A DNA stretch of 64,000 bases, from the NCBI GenBank assembly GCA_049516595.1, contig JBEKSY010000006.1:66621-130620 (forward strand), read 5' to 3'. Source of the stretch: Anaerolineales bacterium. Its GTDB lineage: Bacteria; Chloroflexota; Anaerolineae; Anaerolineales; RBG-16-64-43. A model generated the notes under the pieces. The model ran no database searches, was not told the DNA's origin, and worked only from the letters and a program-made list of their open reading frames with translations. The position numbers and the translations under genes were made by a program. Positions 18,989 to 27,482 of this stretch are shown here, in pieces (the stretch's first letter is position 1; every line of letters begins with the position of its first letter).

Positions 18989-19612
18989 ATGTCCATTCGC
19001 TTCTGGAGAAAACGCCGCAGCCGCTTCCTGGACCTGTTGGCCGAGCAGGCCAAGTACGCTGTCGCCGGATCGGAAGCATTAGTGGAGTACATGCGCGATC
19101 CGAGCGACGAGACGGCCCAGCAGGTAGCGCGGATCGAGGCCGCCGCGGACGAAACCCGGCGGATCTTGATCGACGAACTGAACCGCACGTTTGTCACTCC
19201 TTTCGATCGCGAGGATATTTATGCACTGTCTTTGACGATCGATGATGTGCTCGACTACGCCAACACGACGGTCGATGAGATGGTAATCCTGCGGGTCGAG
19301 CCAAACTCCTATCTGCAACGGATGGCCGGCCTCTTGGCAGATGCCGCGCGGGAAATCTTCATGGGAGTCACCGAGCTCATTGAGCATCCGCACGTGGCCT
19401 CGGACCATGCCGTGAGGGCGAAGGCGCTCGAGAACCGCATCGAGGGCGTCTACCGGGAAGCCTTGGGAGCCATGTTCAACCAGCCCGTGGACCTGGATCA
19501 CGTCGTCGCCATGTTAAAGTTGCGGGAGATCTACCGCCACTTGTCTAACGCGGCGGATCGAGGCGATCAGGCGGCTAACGTGATCAGCGATATCGTCGTC
19601 AAGCGAGTTTGA
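18989..19612 (+). CDS. DUF47/PhoU-like protein (phosphate-transport-regulator family)
   Basis: FVTPFDREDIYALSLTIDDVLDY and YREALGAMF...LKLREIYRHLSNAADRGDQAANVI match the TIGR00153/DUF47 pattern. Confidence 0.8.
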   Translation: MSIRFWRKRRSRFLDLLAEQAKYAVAGSEALVEYMRDPSDETAQQVARIEAAADETRRILIDELNRTFVTPFDREDIYALSLTIDDVLDYANTTVDEMVILRVEPNSYLQRMAGLLADAAREIFMGVTELIEHPHVASDHAVRAKALENRIEGVYREALGAMFNQPVDLDHVVAMLKLREIYRHLSNAADRGDQAANVISDIVVKRV

Positions 19613-19738
19613 GCTGAGGGCGAGGTCTCGGCTCCTGAAAAGCGAGAGGAGCAGCCCTGCCCGGCTGCTCCTCATCGTATTTGTGGCGGCGCCCAAGTGC
19701 TCATCACCGGCCTGGCAGATCCCCTCGCCCGGCCGGGG

Positions 19739-20365
19739 TCACTTTCTCCTCGACCTCTTGGCCGACTTGCGCCCTGACACTTTCTTTGCCGGGGCTCTCT
19801 TCTTTGCAGCTTTCTTTGCAGCCCTCTTGGCCGGGGCCTTGCGGGCGGCCTTCTTGGCTGGTCTCTTGGCGGCCTTTCTCGCCGGTCTCTTCGTGGTGAC
19901 GACGGGTGCCACGGCTGGCGCTTTTCGCTCAGGCACCATGGGTGTCATGACGGGCCCGGGAGGCGGGGGCGGAGTCCAAGGGGAGGGCGGAGTCATTGGA
20001 GAGGGCGGGGCCGCTGGAGGTTGAGGCGGAGAGGGCGGCCTTTGACCCTCGGGCCTAGCTGGCTGTCCCGGCTCGGGCTTCGGTCCTCCAACGGGGGGGA
20101 AGGGGGGTTTCTGGCTCATGGCAATCCTTTCCTCCTTAGTGGTGGCTATCGGGCGAAGATCCGGCGGAGTGGCCAGGACACCCGCTGGAACGTGGCGCCG
20201 GAGTTGATCGACAGGGATCTTGAGTGCCTTGCGGCATCGCGGGCAATGTTCGACATGATGCCTGGCGTCCGTCTCATCGGCAGCCGCGAGGGCAGACGCA
20301 ACTGCCTCTGAACTCATCTGGAAAGCCCAGCCGCAATACTGGCACCGCCACGAAAACGCAGACAT
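19739..20365 (-). CDS. Zn-ribbon / Pro-rich / Lys-Ala-rich (histone H1-like) protein
   Basis: CQYCGW...HCPRCRK (CxxC...CxxC), then PPSPPQPPAAPPSPMTPPSPWTPPPPPGP, then KRPARKAAKRPAKKAARKAPAKRAAKKAAKKRAPAKK. ATG 20365 is preceded by ACAGGAGGCAGGG. The track start at 20440 is less likely. Confidence 0.7.
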   Translation of the reverse strand: MSAFSWRCQYCGWAFQMSSEAVASALAAADETDARHHVEHCPRCRKALKIPVDQLRRHVPAGVLATPPDLRPIATTKEERIAMSQKPPFPPVGGPKPEPGQPARPEGQRPPSPPQPPAAPPSPMTPPSPWTPPPPPGPVMTPMVPERKAPAVAPVVTTKRPARKAAKRPAKKAARKAPAKRAAKKAAKKRAPAKKVSGRKSAKRSRRK

Positions 20366-20436
20366 CCCTGCCTCCTGTTCGTCTTCACTATACTCATTTT
20401 TCATGGATTTGCAACAGTCGGGCCGATGGTCCGGCG

Positions 20437-21432
20437 TCACACTGCTGCCATTTCATCGCTGCCTGCGTTGGCATGTGGACCCTCGGGTCGCAGGTTCCTC
20501 CACTCGGCGCGTAAGGCGATCAGGATACCCGTCAGGATCAGAGCCGCCCCGACGATCTTGACCGGGCCCGGAGTCTCGCCCAGGAAAAAGTATGCCAAGA
20601 GGGTAGAACCAATGGGTTCGCCCAGTACGGATACGGTTACAAAGGTGGCACTGAGGTAGCGTAGGGCCCAGTTGAAGGACGAGTGGCCCACCAGTTGCGG
20701 GATGATCGCCAACAGCACGATCCACCAGTAGGCCGACGGCAAGTACCCGGCGACCTTCAGCCCAGCCAAGGGCAGGCTAAGCAGCAAGAGGAGCGCCGCC
20801 ATTCCGTAGGAGAGAAACACGTAGACGCGAAGGGATAAGGTCGGCCGCAGGCGACGGCCGAGCAGGAAGTATCCGGCGGCCATGAAGGCGCCCACCAGAG
20901 CCAGGCCATCTCCAAGGATCGACTCGGAAAGGCGTCCCCCAGCCGCCTCGGTACAGGCCCAGCGCCCGGAAGAAAGACAGGTGTCGGCCAGGGCGACGCC
21001 GACACTTCCCAAGATGGCAAGGGTCATCCCGACGATCATGTCCCGGCTTGGCCGCTCGTGAAGCAGGACGGAAGAGGCGAGGGTCACCCACAGCGGTGAG
21101 GTGCTCACCAAGACGACCGAGGAGGCCACGCTGGTGTATTGCAGCGAAGTGATCCAGGTCGCGAAGTGGACCGCCAGGAAGGCGCCCGAGGCGAGCGCAA
21201 GCCACAATTCCTTGCGCTGCAGGGCCAGGAGTTCGGATCGGTCGCGTGCCACAACGATCGGGATGATCACCAGGACCGCAATGGCCAGGCGTCCGGCCGC
21301 GATCACCAAGGAAGGCGTCCCCAAAGCCTGGGCAAAGCGGATCATGAGGGAGGCGGTAGAGACGGCCACGATTCCCAGGCTGATGACGAACAGGGGGGTG
21401 GTTCGGCCGGGGGGGGACTCATGTGGCGTCAC
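20437..21432 (-). CDS. EamA/DMT-family transporter
   Basis: Multi-pass hydrophobic protein with duplicated EamA halves. GTG 21432 is preceded by CTGGAGG. The N-terminal 37 codons of the track ORF look non-coding. Confidence 0.8.
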   Translation of the reverse strand: MTPHESPPGRTTPLFVISLGIVAVSTASLMIRFAQALGTPSLVIAAGRLAIAVLVIIPIVVARDRSELLALQRKELWLALASGAFLAVHFATWITSLQYTSVASSVVLVSTSPLWVTLASSVLLHERPSRDMIVGMTLAILGSVGVALADTCLSSGRWACTEAAGGRLSESILGDGLALVGAFMAAGYFLLGRRLRPTLSLRVYVFLSYGMAALLLLLSLPLAGLKVAGYLPSAYWWIVLLAIIPQLVGHSSFNWALRYLSATFVTVSVLGEPIGSTLLAYFFLGETPGPVKIVGAALILTGILIALRAEWRNLRPEGPHANAGSDEMAAV

Positions 21433-21747
21433 GCGAATGCCTCCAGAAGAACGGCTGACGTGCCCTCTTGCGCATTGCCTCATGTATAAATGATTGTATG
21501 AAAGCGCTACCTCTGTCAAGATCCAAGCCAAACGAGAACCCAAGGGTTTGCCAGCATGGTTCGGGCCGGTCAGACCGGAAAAGAATGTCCCGCCTGGACC
21601 GCAAGGGACGGGTCCGCCCTCCGGGGGGCGTGAGCGTTTTCAGCAGGGGGATCCACATCAATCTGCGTGTCTCGAGAACAGATGTTACCGGCGCGCCCTG
21701 GCCCAGTCCGCTGGGACGGGCTTGCCCCTGCCTTGGGTGGGCCCGAC

Positions 21748-22610
21748 TTAGGTTCTTGGTAGGGGCTCCTGCTTCTTCAGGATCCAAGAAGTCGCCTCCG
21801 AGAGAGACCGGGCCACCGCACCAACTGCGACGGAAGGACCTTTCCTTTTTTGATTCGGTCGTAGAGTCGTGAGACGTGCTGGCGCTTCCAGCCTGCCTTG
21901 GCGCGATTGATAGCAATGATCTTGGCGGCTTCGGCACAGGCCCACTTCGGGTGGTGGTTGGCCCTCCCCGTCTGCCGCCGGGCAGGTTGGCGCACGGGAC
22001 CGTAAGGGATCTTTCCGCCGCCCTGGCCTAACCCTCGGGGCAGGGCGGCCTTCACTTTGGGAGTGATTCCGCCGTTGCCAGCGAGTTTTTCGGCCAACTG
22101 AAAGCGGTCGATCGACCCAACCTCTCGTTTGATGACGGTCGCCGAAATATCGCCCACGCCAGGGAGGGTCTTGAGCAGCGGCATGTTTGGACTGGTCTGG
22201 ATCTGCTGGCGCATGCGACTCTCAAGGGCCTGCATCTGGATGTTGAAGCCGTCCAGGAGTTCGAGCTCCTGCTTGACACAGTTGGACGGATCTGGCGGAA
22301 GGGCCTTGAGTGTGCCCTCGAGAGCCCAATGCGGCCCTTCTTGGAAATGAGATCGGTGACGCCTGTTGGCGAGTGGGCGTATTTGGCTAGGGTGGCATGG
22401 ATCCGGTCCTGGATGGCAGTCCGCATACCCGACAGACCACTCCGGGTCCGAGGTAGTTCTCGTTCGTCCCCCACTGAGCCTGGTGGCAGCCACCCAGCCT
22501 ACCCGCTGGGGCAGGACTTTCCTACAATCCTTCTCGGTGACGCAATTCGTTTGCTTGACAATGACGGTCGGAAAAGATATGATCACCCTCCGAGTTGGAT
22601 CCGCCCGCAG
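21748..22610 (-). pseudogene. IS110-family transposase relic (frameshifted, N-terminally truncated)
   Basis: IS110-type motifs are split over three frames: ERELPRTRSGLSGMRTAIQDRIHATLAKY (ORF 22052-22474), LLKTLPGVGDISATVIKREVGSIDRFQLAEKLAGNGGITPKV (ORF 21777-22694) and SVAVGAVARSLSEATSWILKKQEP (ORF 21748-21945). The DEDD N-domain is largely missing. Confidence 0.75.
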
Positions 22611-22692
22611 CGACCTGCGAGCGAAATGATGGTACAGGAATCCCTCTGAGCCGGTCAAGAGGGTCAAGTTATTTTCGCCAAGGAGACGAACC

Positions 22693-23301
22693 ATGGCACA
22701 CGAACTGCCCGCCCTGCCGTATGCCTATGAGGCGCTGGAGCCATACATCGACGCCCAAACCATGCGGATTCATCACGACATGCATCACAAGGCGTATGTG
22801 GACGGCCTCAACAAGGCCGAGACGATGCTCAAGGACGCCCGCGCCAAGGGCGACTTTGCGCTCGTCAAGCACTGGGAGCGCGAGCTTGCCTTTCACGGAT
22901 CGGGACACTTCCTCCATTCTGCTTTCTGGCAGGTGATGGCCGCAAGCGGGAAGGGGGGTGGCGGCAAGCCGGGGGGTGACCTGCTCAAGGAGGTGGAAGC
23001 GACCTTTGGTTCCTTCGAGGTGTTCAGCAAGCAGTTCAGCGCGGCCGCGGGCGCGGTGGAGGGATCGGGTTGGGCCCTGCTAGTCGTCCAGCCCTCTAAG
23101 AAACACCTGGAGATCTTGACCGCCGAGAAACACCAAAACCTGACCCAGTGGGGAGCGACCCCCATCCTGGTGTTGGACGTCTGGGAACACGCCTACTATC
23201 TCAAGTATCAGAACCGCCGAGGGGACTACGTTCAGGCCTGGTGGAATGTGGTCAACTGGCCCGAGGTGGCTAAGCGCTTCGCGGCGGAGTTCAGCAAGTA
23301 G
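22693..23301 (+). CDS. sodA: Fe/Mn superoxide dismutase
   Basis: LPALPYAYEALEPYIDAQTMRIHHDMHHKAYV ... LVLDVWEHAYYLKYQNRR. Confidence 0.95.
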   Translation: MAHELPALPYAYEALEPYIDAQTMRIHHDMHHKAYVDGLNKAETMLKDARAKGDFALVKHWERELAFHGSGHFLHSAFWQVMAASGKGGGGKPGGDLLKEVEATFGSFEVFSKQFSAAAGAVEGSGWALLVVQPSKKHLEILTAEKHQNLTQWGATPILVLDVWEHAYYLKYQNRRGDYVQAWWNVVNWPEVAKRFAAEFSK

Positions 23302-23401
23302 CCTGGGGTCACGCGCAGGTCGGGAGGCGGTTAGGATCGACGGCTCTCGGTGAGAGACTGAGGCATCAGGGCAACCCTTCCGATCTGGAGGAGATCCGAC
23401 C

Positions 23402-23797
23402 ATGACACACATCATCACTAGTCTCTGCTTGCGCGATGGCAGCTGTGTTGAGGTTTGCCCCGTCGAGTGCATTGTCCCGGGCAAGCCGGGGGACAAGTGG
23501 CCTTGGTTTTACATTGATCCCGACACCTGCATCGACTGCGGGGCCTGCATCCCCGAATGCCCGCTCGAGGCCATCTTCCCTGAAGATGAGGTGCCGGTCG
23601 GGTACAAAGCCAAGGGCGGGGAGCGACTCAGTCGCCCAGAGGGAGGCTCCGCGTTCGAGGGGACCAATCACAACGGAGAGTCGGTGCGCGTCGAACACAC
23701 GGTCGTGCTCAGCGCGGGGCAGGTGGTGGATCTGCGCGCCGACATTGAACCCAACTACAAGTTCTTCAAGGAGGGCCCAGGATACTCGGCCCGCTGA
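23402..23797 (+). CDS. 4Fe-4S ferredoxin-domain protein
   Basis: C..DGSCVEVCP and CIDCGACIPECP cluster motifs. Confidence 0.85.
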   Translation: MTHIITSLCLRDGSCVEVCPVECIVPGKPGDKWPWFYIDPDTCIDCGACIPECPLEAIFPEDEVPVGYKAKGGERLSRPEGGSAFEGTNHNGESVRVEHTVVLSAGQVVDLRADIEPNYKFFKEGPGYSAR

Positions 23798-23813
23798 GGG
23801 ACACGCTTACGAA

Positions 23814-23843
23814 GGCGGGAGCCGAGCTGGCTCCCGCCTTTTT
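23814..23843 (+). terminator. Rho-independent terminator after the ferredoxin gene
   Basis: GGCGGGAGCC-GAGCT-GGCTCCCGCC perfect 10-bp stem followed by TTTTT. Confidence 0.8.
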
Positions 23844-23879
23844 CATCTGGCCGGCTCCGGGGAGGAGAGGAGGGTGCCC

Positions 23880-25313
23880 ATGAATGGTTTTCGAGTGGAA
23901 CGTGACTCCTTGGGAGAGATCCGAGTTCCGGCCCAGGCTTTCTACGGCGCTCAAACGCAGCGGGCCGTGGAGAACTTCCCCATCTCTGGGCTGCGTCCCT
24001 GGCGGGCCTCGATTTGGTCGCTCGGGGTGATCAAGCGGGCTGCGGCGGAAGTGAACCGGGGTCTGGGCCTTCTGGAGCCAAGTAAGTCCGAGGCGATTGT
24101 GCAGGCCGCACAGGAGGTGATGGACGGCCAATGGGATCGCGAGTTTGTCGTCGACCCGTTCCAGGCCGGAGCCGGGACCAGCCATCATATGAATGCCAAT
24201 GAGGTTATCGCCAACCGCGCCACTCAGATCCTCGGCGGTCAGTTGGGCGAATACCGCGTGCACCCGAATGACGACGTCAACATGGCTCAATCCACCAACG
24301 ACGTGATTCCCACTGCCATCCGCCTGGGTTGCCTGTGGCGGCTGGATGAGTTGCTGGGAGGCCTGAAGGAGTTGCATGCCGCCCTCGCTCAAAAGGCTCT
24401 GGATTTTGATGACATCGTGAAGTCCGGACGAACGCACTTGCAAGACGCGGTTCCCGTGCGGTTGGGACAGGAATTCGGGGGATATGCGAGTGCGGTGAAG
24501 CGGGATGCCGAGCGGATCGAGCAGGCGGCGGAGGGCTTGCGAAGGCTTGGCATTGGAGGGACGGCCGTGGGAACTGGGTTGAACGCCCATCCCGATTACC
24601 GCACGCGCATGATTCACAAGCTGAAGGAGTGCAGCCGGCTGCACTTGGTGGCCGCCGATGACCTTTTCGAAGCCATGCAATCCCAGGCCGACGCGGCCCA
24701 CTTTTCGGGCTCGCTTCGCACCCTGGCCCTCACGCTCGTGCGGATTGCGAACGACCTGCGCCTGCTCGCCTCCGGGCCCGCCACGGGATTGGGGGAGATC
24801 GTCTTCCCGGCGGTGCAGCCCGGCTCCTCCATCATGCCGGGCAAGGTGAATCCGGTGATGGCCGAGATGCTCGATCAGGCCATGTACCACGTCTTGGGCT
24901 GCGACACCACGGTGGCGATCGCAAGTCAAGCCGGACAGCTCGAGCTCAACGTGATGATGCCGGTCATTGCCCACAACCTTTTTGAGATGATGCAGGTGAC
25001 GATCGGGGCGGTTGGCGCTTTCACCGAAAGAGGCGTCAAGGGACTGCGGGCCAATCGCGAGCGCGCTGAAGGTTGGCTGGCCCGCAACTCGATTGTCGCC
25101 ACCGCGCTCAACCCGCTGATTGGTTATCTGGCGGCGGCCGAGCTGGTCAAGGCGGCGGAGGCTCAGGGGCTCAGCATCTACGAAATCGCCGTAGCGCAGG
25201 CCGGACAGGGCAAGCTGCGAAACAGGGAGAGCGGGGAAAGCGTGACCGTGCAGGAAGTGGAGAGCGCGTTGGGGAACCTGCGCCGAATGACCGAGGGCGG
25301 CATCCAGGCTTGA
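23880..25313 (+). CDS. Class II fumarate hydratase / aspartate ammonia-lyase family enzyme (AspA-like)
   Basis: RVERDSLGEIRVPAQAFYGAQTQRAVENFPISG, QAGAGTSHHMNANEV, STNDVIPTA, signature GSSIMPGKVNP. The track ORF (23436) fuses it to an upstream out-of-context extension that overlaps the ferredoxin gene. Confidence 0.9.
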   Translation: MNGFRVERDSLGEIRVPAQAFYGAQTQRAVENFPISGLRPWRASIWSLGVIKRAAAEVNRGLGLLEPSKSEAIVQAAQEVMDGQWDREFVVDPFQAGAGTSHHMNANEVIANRATQILGGQLGEYRVHPNDDVNMAQSTNDVIPTAIRLGCLWRLDELLGGLKELHAALAQKALDFDDIVKSGRTHLQDAVPVRLGQEFGGYASAVKRDAERIEQAAEGLRRLGIGGTAVGTGLNAHPDYRTRMIHKLKECSRLHLVAADDLFEAMQSQADAAHFSGSLRTLALTLVRIANDLRLLASGPATGLGEIVFPAVQPGSSIMPGKVNPVMAEMLDQAMYHVLGCDTTVAIASQAGQLELNVMMPVIAHNLFEMMQVTIGAVGAFTERGVKGLRANRERAEGWLARNSIVATALNPLIGYLAAAELVKAAEAQGLSIYEIAVAQAGQGKLRNRESGESVTVQEVESALGNLRRMTEGGIQA

Positions 25314-25327
25314 GACGGCCGAAGACC

Positions 25328-25774
25328 ATGAGGGAAGGGTCCAGCCGACGGAAACTGCGCCTCCAGCTCCGGCATCTGGCCGAGATGCGGCGGGCGGTCA
25401 CGGCCGCGGCACCGGAGGAGGGATGTGGGCTCGTCTTAGGGATCGGCGAGAAAGGGCTCGAGGTCGTCCCTATTGAGAATGTCATCCACAGCCCCACGCG
25501 CTTTCGGCTGGAGGGAGCGGCCCAGGTGAAGGCCATGGTTGGGGCCGCGCAAAGGGGATGGGAGCTGGTCGCGATCTTTCATTCTCACCCCAGCGGACCG
25601 ACTTATCCCTCGCCAACCGACCTGGCGGAGGCGGCCTACCCGGACGCCCTCTATTTGATCTGGGCCCCGGGGCCCACGAAACGGTGGGAATGCCGCGCCT
25701 TCGAGCTGAGGGGAATCTCACTCATGGCGGGGGCGAGCAGCTTTGTACCTGTGGAGGTTGTGAGCGAGGAATAG
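25328..25774 (+). CDS. JAMM/MPN+ (Mov34) metalloprotease-domain protein
   Basis: EGCGLVLG ... AIFHSHPSGPTYPSPTD (JAMM motif H-x-H-x7-S-x2-D). Confidence 0.85.
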   Translation: MREGSSRRKLRLQLRHLAEMRRAVTAAAPEEGCGLVLGIGEKGLEVVPIENVIHSPTRFRLEGAAQVKAMVGAAQRGWELVAIFHSHPSGPTYPSPTDLAEAAYPDALYLIWAPGPTKRWECRAFELRGISLMAGASSFVPVEVVSEE

Positions 25775-25809
25775 GAGCCCGAGGGCTGGAGGGCGCCGTC
25801 GGCCCTTGC

Positions 25810-25971
25810 CTAGAGCCAACTCGCCAGAAGGCCCAGGGCGAATCCCGCGGCCAAAGCGATCCCGGCGGGTCGCAAGTACCTTCGGGCCGAATAGAGCCCC
25901 TTCAGAACCTGCTCCACTGCCATCAACAGGTAGAGCTGGGTCTTCAACCAGGTCAATTCAAAGTTCATCAT
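25810..25971 (-). CDS. Unlisted 53-aa ORF, predicted small membrane protein
   Basis: My own translation: MMNFELTWLKTQLYLLMAVEQVLKGLYSARRYLRPAGIALAAGFALGLLASWL. It is below the track's 60-aa cutoff. TAAGGAG (stop of the upstream ORF plus SD) lies 8 nt before ATGATG. Confidence 0.45.
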   Translation of the reverse strand: MMNFELTWLKTQLYLLMAVEQVLKGLYSARRYLRPAGIALAAGFALGLLASWL

Positions 25972-25983
25972 CTCTCGGGCTCC

Positions 25984-26220
25984 TTACTTGGAAGTGCTGA
26001 TCCTCAGGATCTGACCCCGCTCATCCGCCACAACCCGCACCAAGCGAGGCAGCAGCGCTCCACTATCCGTGCGAACCTTGCCCCGGTAGGTGAGCGCATA
26101 CTGCGTCCGCCCCCCGGCGCCGGACTGGGTGCTGAGGCTGGGATGGACCCCTCGCAGTTCTGGGTATTCCCGGTATACCCGGGCACTAATTCGTTCCACA
26201 AGCTGAGAAGACATGCCCAT
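25984..26220 (-). CDS. Hypothetical 78-aa protein immediately downstream of ftsZ
   Basis: It starts 5 nt after the ftsZ stop and I recognise no family. The protein-like ending (RLVRVVADERGQILRISTSK) suggests a small beta-rich domain. Confidence 0.5.
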   Translation of the reverse strand: MGMSSQLVERISARVYREYPELRGVHPSLSTQSGAGGRTQYALTYRGKVRTDSGALLPRLVRVVADERGQILRISTSK

Positions 26221-26225
26221 GAGAA

Positions 26226-27482
26226 CTAAGCCTTTCCCGTTCGCACCAGGCGGTTACTGCTGGTAGAGGCCAGGGCCTCCTCGAGCCCTCGCCGGCGCCG
26301 GCGGATGAAGGCGGGCACGTCCAGATCTTCTTCGGCCGAAGGGGGCTGGACGCGGTGGGCTGCATGCGCCGCAGAAGCCGGGGTCGTCTCCAGCGATAGC
26401 GCGCGCTCCTCTTCGGGTTTGACCGAGGTAGCTTGCAGGAGGATGTGGGAGGCGCCAGCCAGAACACTCCCCAGCGGCTGCCCACCCACGCCCGTGACCA
26501 CGACAATAGCCTGGACGCGCCCGCTCATGCCCGGATCGATGGCGGCTCCAAACACAACCTCCGCGTCCTTGGCGCCTGCGGCCTGGATCTCCTGCATCGC
26601 CTTGTGCACTTCCATCAGCTCCAGGTCTTCCCCTCCGGTGAAGTGGACCAGGATTCCTGCGGCATGATCCAAGGAGCCAATTTCCAGCATGGGATTGCGC
26701 AGGGCAGACCGGACCGCGGACACGGCTTTGTCCGGCCCGCTGCCCTGACCCACGGCGAAGTAGGCGCCGCCTGCGAGCTGCATTAGCGCTCGCACATGGG
26801 AGAAGTCGACGTTCACGAGTCCCGGGCGAGTGATCAACTCGGTGATGGCCTGCACCCCCTGCCGGAGAACATCGTCGGCCAGCCGCAAGGCGACGTCAAA
26901 GCTGGTCTGCCGCGGGGCCACCGCAAGCAGCCGGTCATTGGGGATCGTGATCAAGGTGTCGCAGTATTCGCGCAGGCGCTCCATGCCCGCTTCCGCAATC
27001 AGGGCCCGTTTGCGTCCCTCGAAGGAAAAGGGCAGGGTGACAATGGCCACAACGATCGCACCCTGCTTGCGCGCGATCTCAGCGGCCACTGGGATGGCGC
27101 CCGTTCCTGTCCCACCGCCCAACCCACAGGTCAGGAACACCATGTCGCCCGGCCCCAGCACCTCCGCCAGCTCCCGCTCGCTCTCGCGGGCGGCCGCCTC
27201 ACCCACATCCGGCATTCCTCCTGCACCCAGGCCCCGGGTCGTATGCGGCCCTAGGGCGACCTTGACTGGCGCCAGGCAGGTGGCCAGGGCCTGTTGGTCT
27301 GTGTTGCATGCAATGAACTCGACGCCACCCAATCCGAGCTCAATCATTCGGTTGACTGCGTTGGACCCTCCGCCGCCCAGGCCAACCACCTTAAGCACCG
27401 TGACCCCGGGCGCCAAAGCCTTCTCGGGCCGGGTTGGGCTCAAGCTGAAGTCCTGGGGTTTCCCCAAGAATGCGTTCGTCAC
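26226..27482 (-). CDS. ftsZ: Cell division GTPase FtsZ
   Basis: KVVGLGGGGSNAVNRM, tubulin signature GLGGGTGTGAIPV, NTDQQAL, C-terminal peptide DLDVPAFIRRR. The GTG at 27482 (V16 of the track ORF) is preceded by GAGAGGAG and overlaps the upstream stop codon (GTGA). Confidence 0.95.
   Translation of the reverse strand: MTNAFLGKPQDFSLSPTRPEKALAPGVTVLKVVGLGGGGSNAVNRMIELGLGGVEFIACNTDQQALATCLAPVKVALGPHTTRGLGAGGMPDVGEAAARESERELAEVLGPGDMVFLTCGLGGGTGTGAIPVAAEIARKQGAIVVAIVTLPFSFEGRKRALIAEAGMERLREYCDTLITIPNDRLLAVAPRQTSFDVALRLADDVLRQGVQAITELITRPGLVNVDFSHVRALMQLAGGAYFAVGQGSGPDKAVSAVRSALRNPMLEIGSLDHAAGILVHFTGGEDLELMEVHKAMQEIQAAGAKDAEVVFGAAIDPGMSGRVQAIVVVTGVGGQPLGSVLAGASHILLQATSVKPEEERALSLETTPASAAHAAHRVQPPSAEEDLDVPAFIRRRRRGLEEALASTSSNRLVRTGKA

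Noticed and set aside
17815-19197. A 460-aa minus-strand ORF spanning the tilS end, the EamA gene and the DUF47 start.
   Set aside because: It is Arg/Gly/Pro/Gln-rich low-complexity sequence, antisense to three well-supported plus-strand genes.
18989-19612. A DUF47/PhoU-like gene without the usual adjacent Pit phosphate permease.
   Set aside because: Absence of a partner within this window is weak evidence. The neighbouring EamA transporters are not known partners. Nothing further in the sequence supports a special role.
22694-22708. TGGCACACGAACTGC on the plus strand resembles a sigma-54 promoter.
   Set aside because: It overlaps the sodA start codon itself (ATGGCACAC...), the -12 box is CTGC rather than TTGC, and it has no downstream target. 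It is a coincidental consequence of the Met-Ala-His codons.
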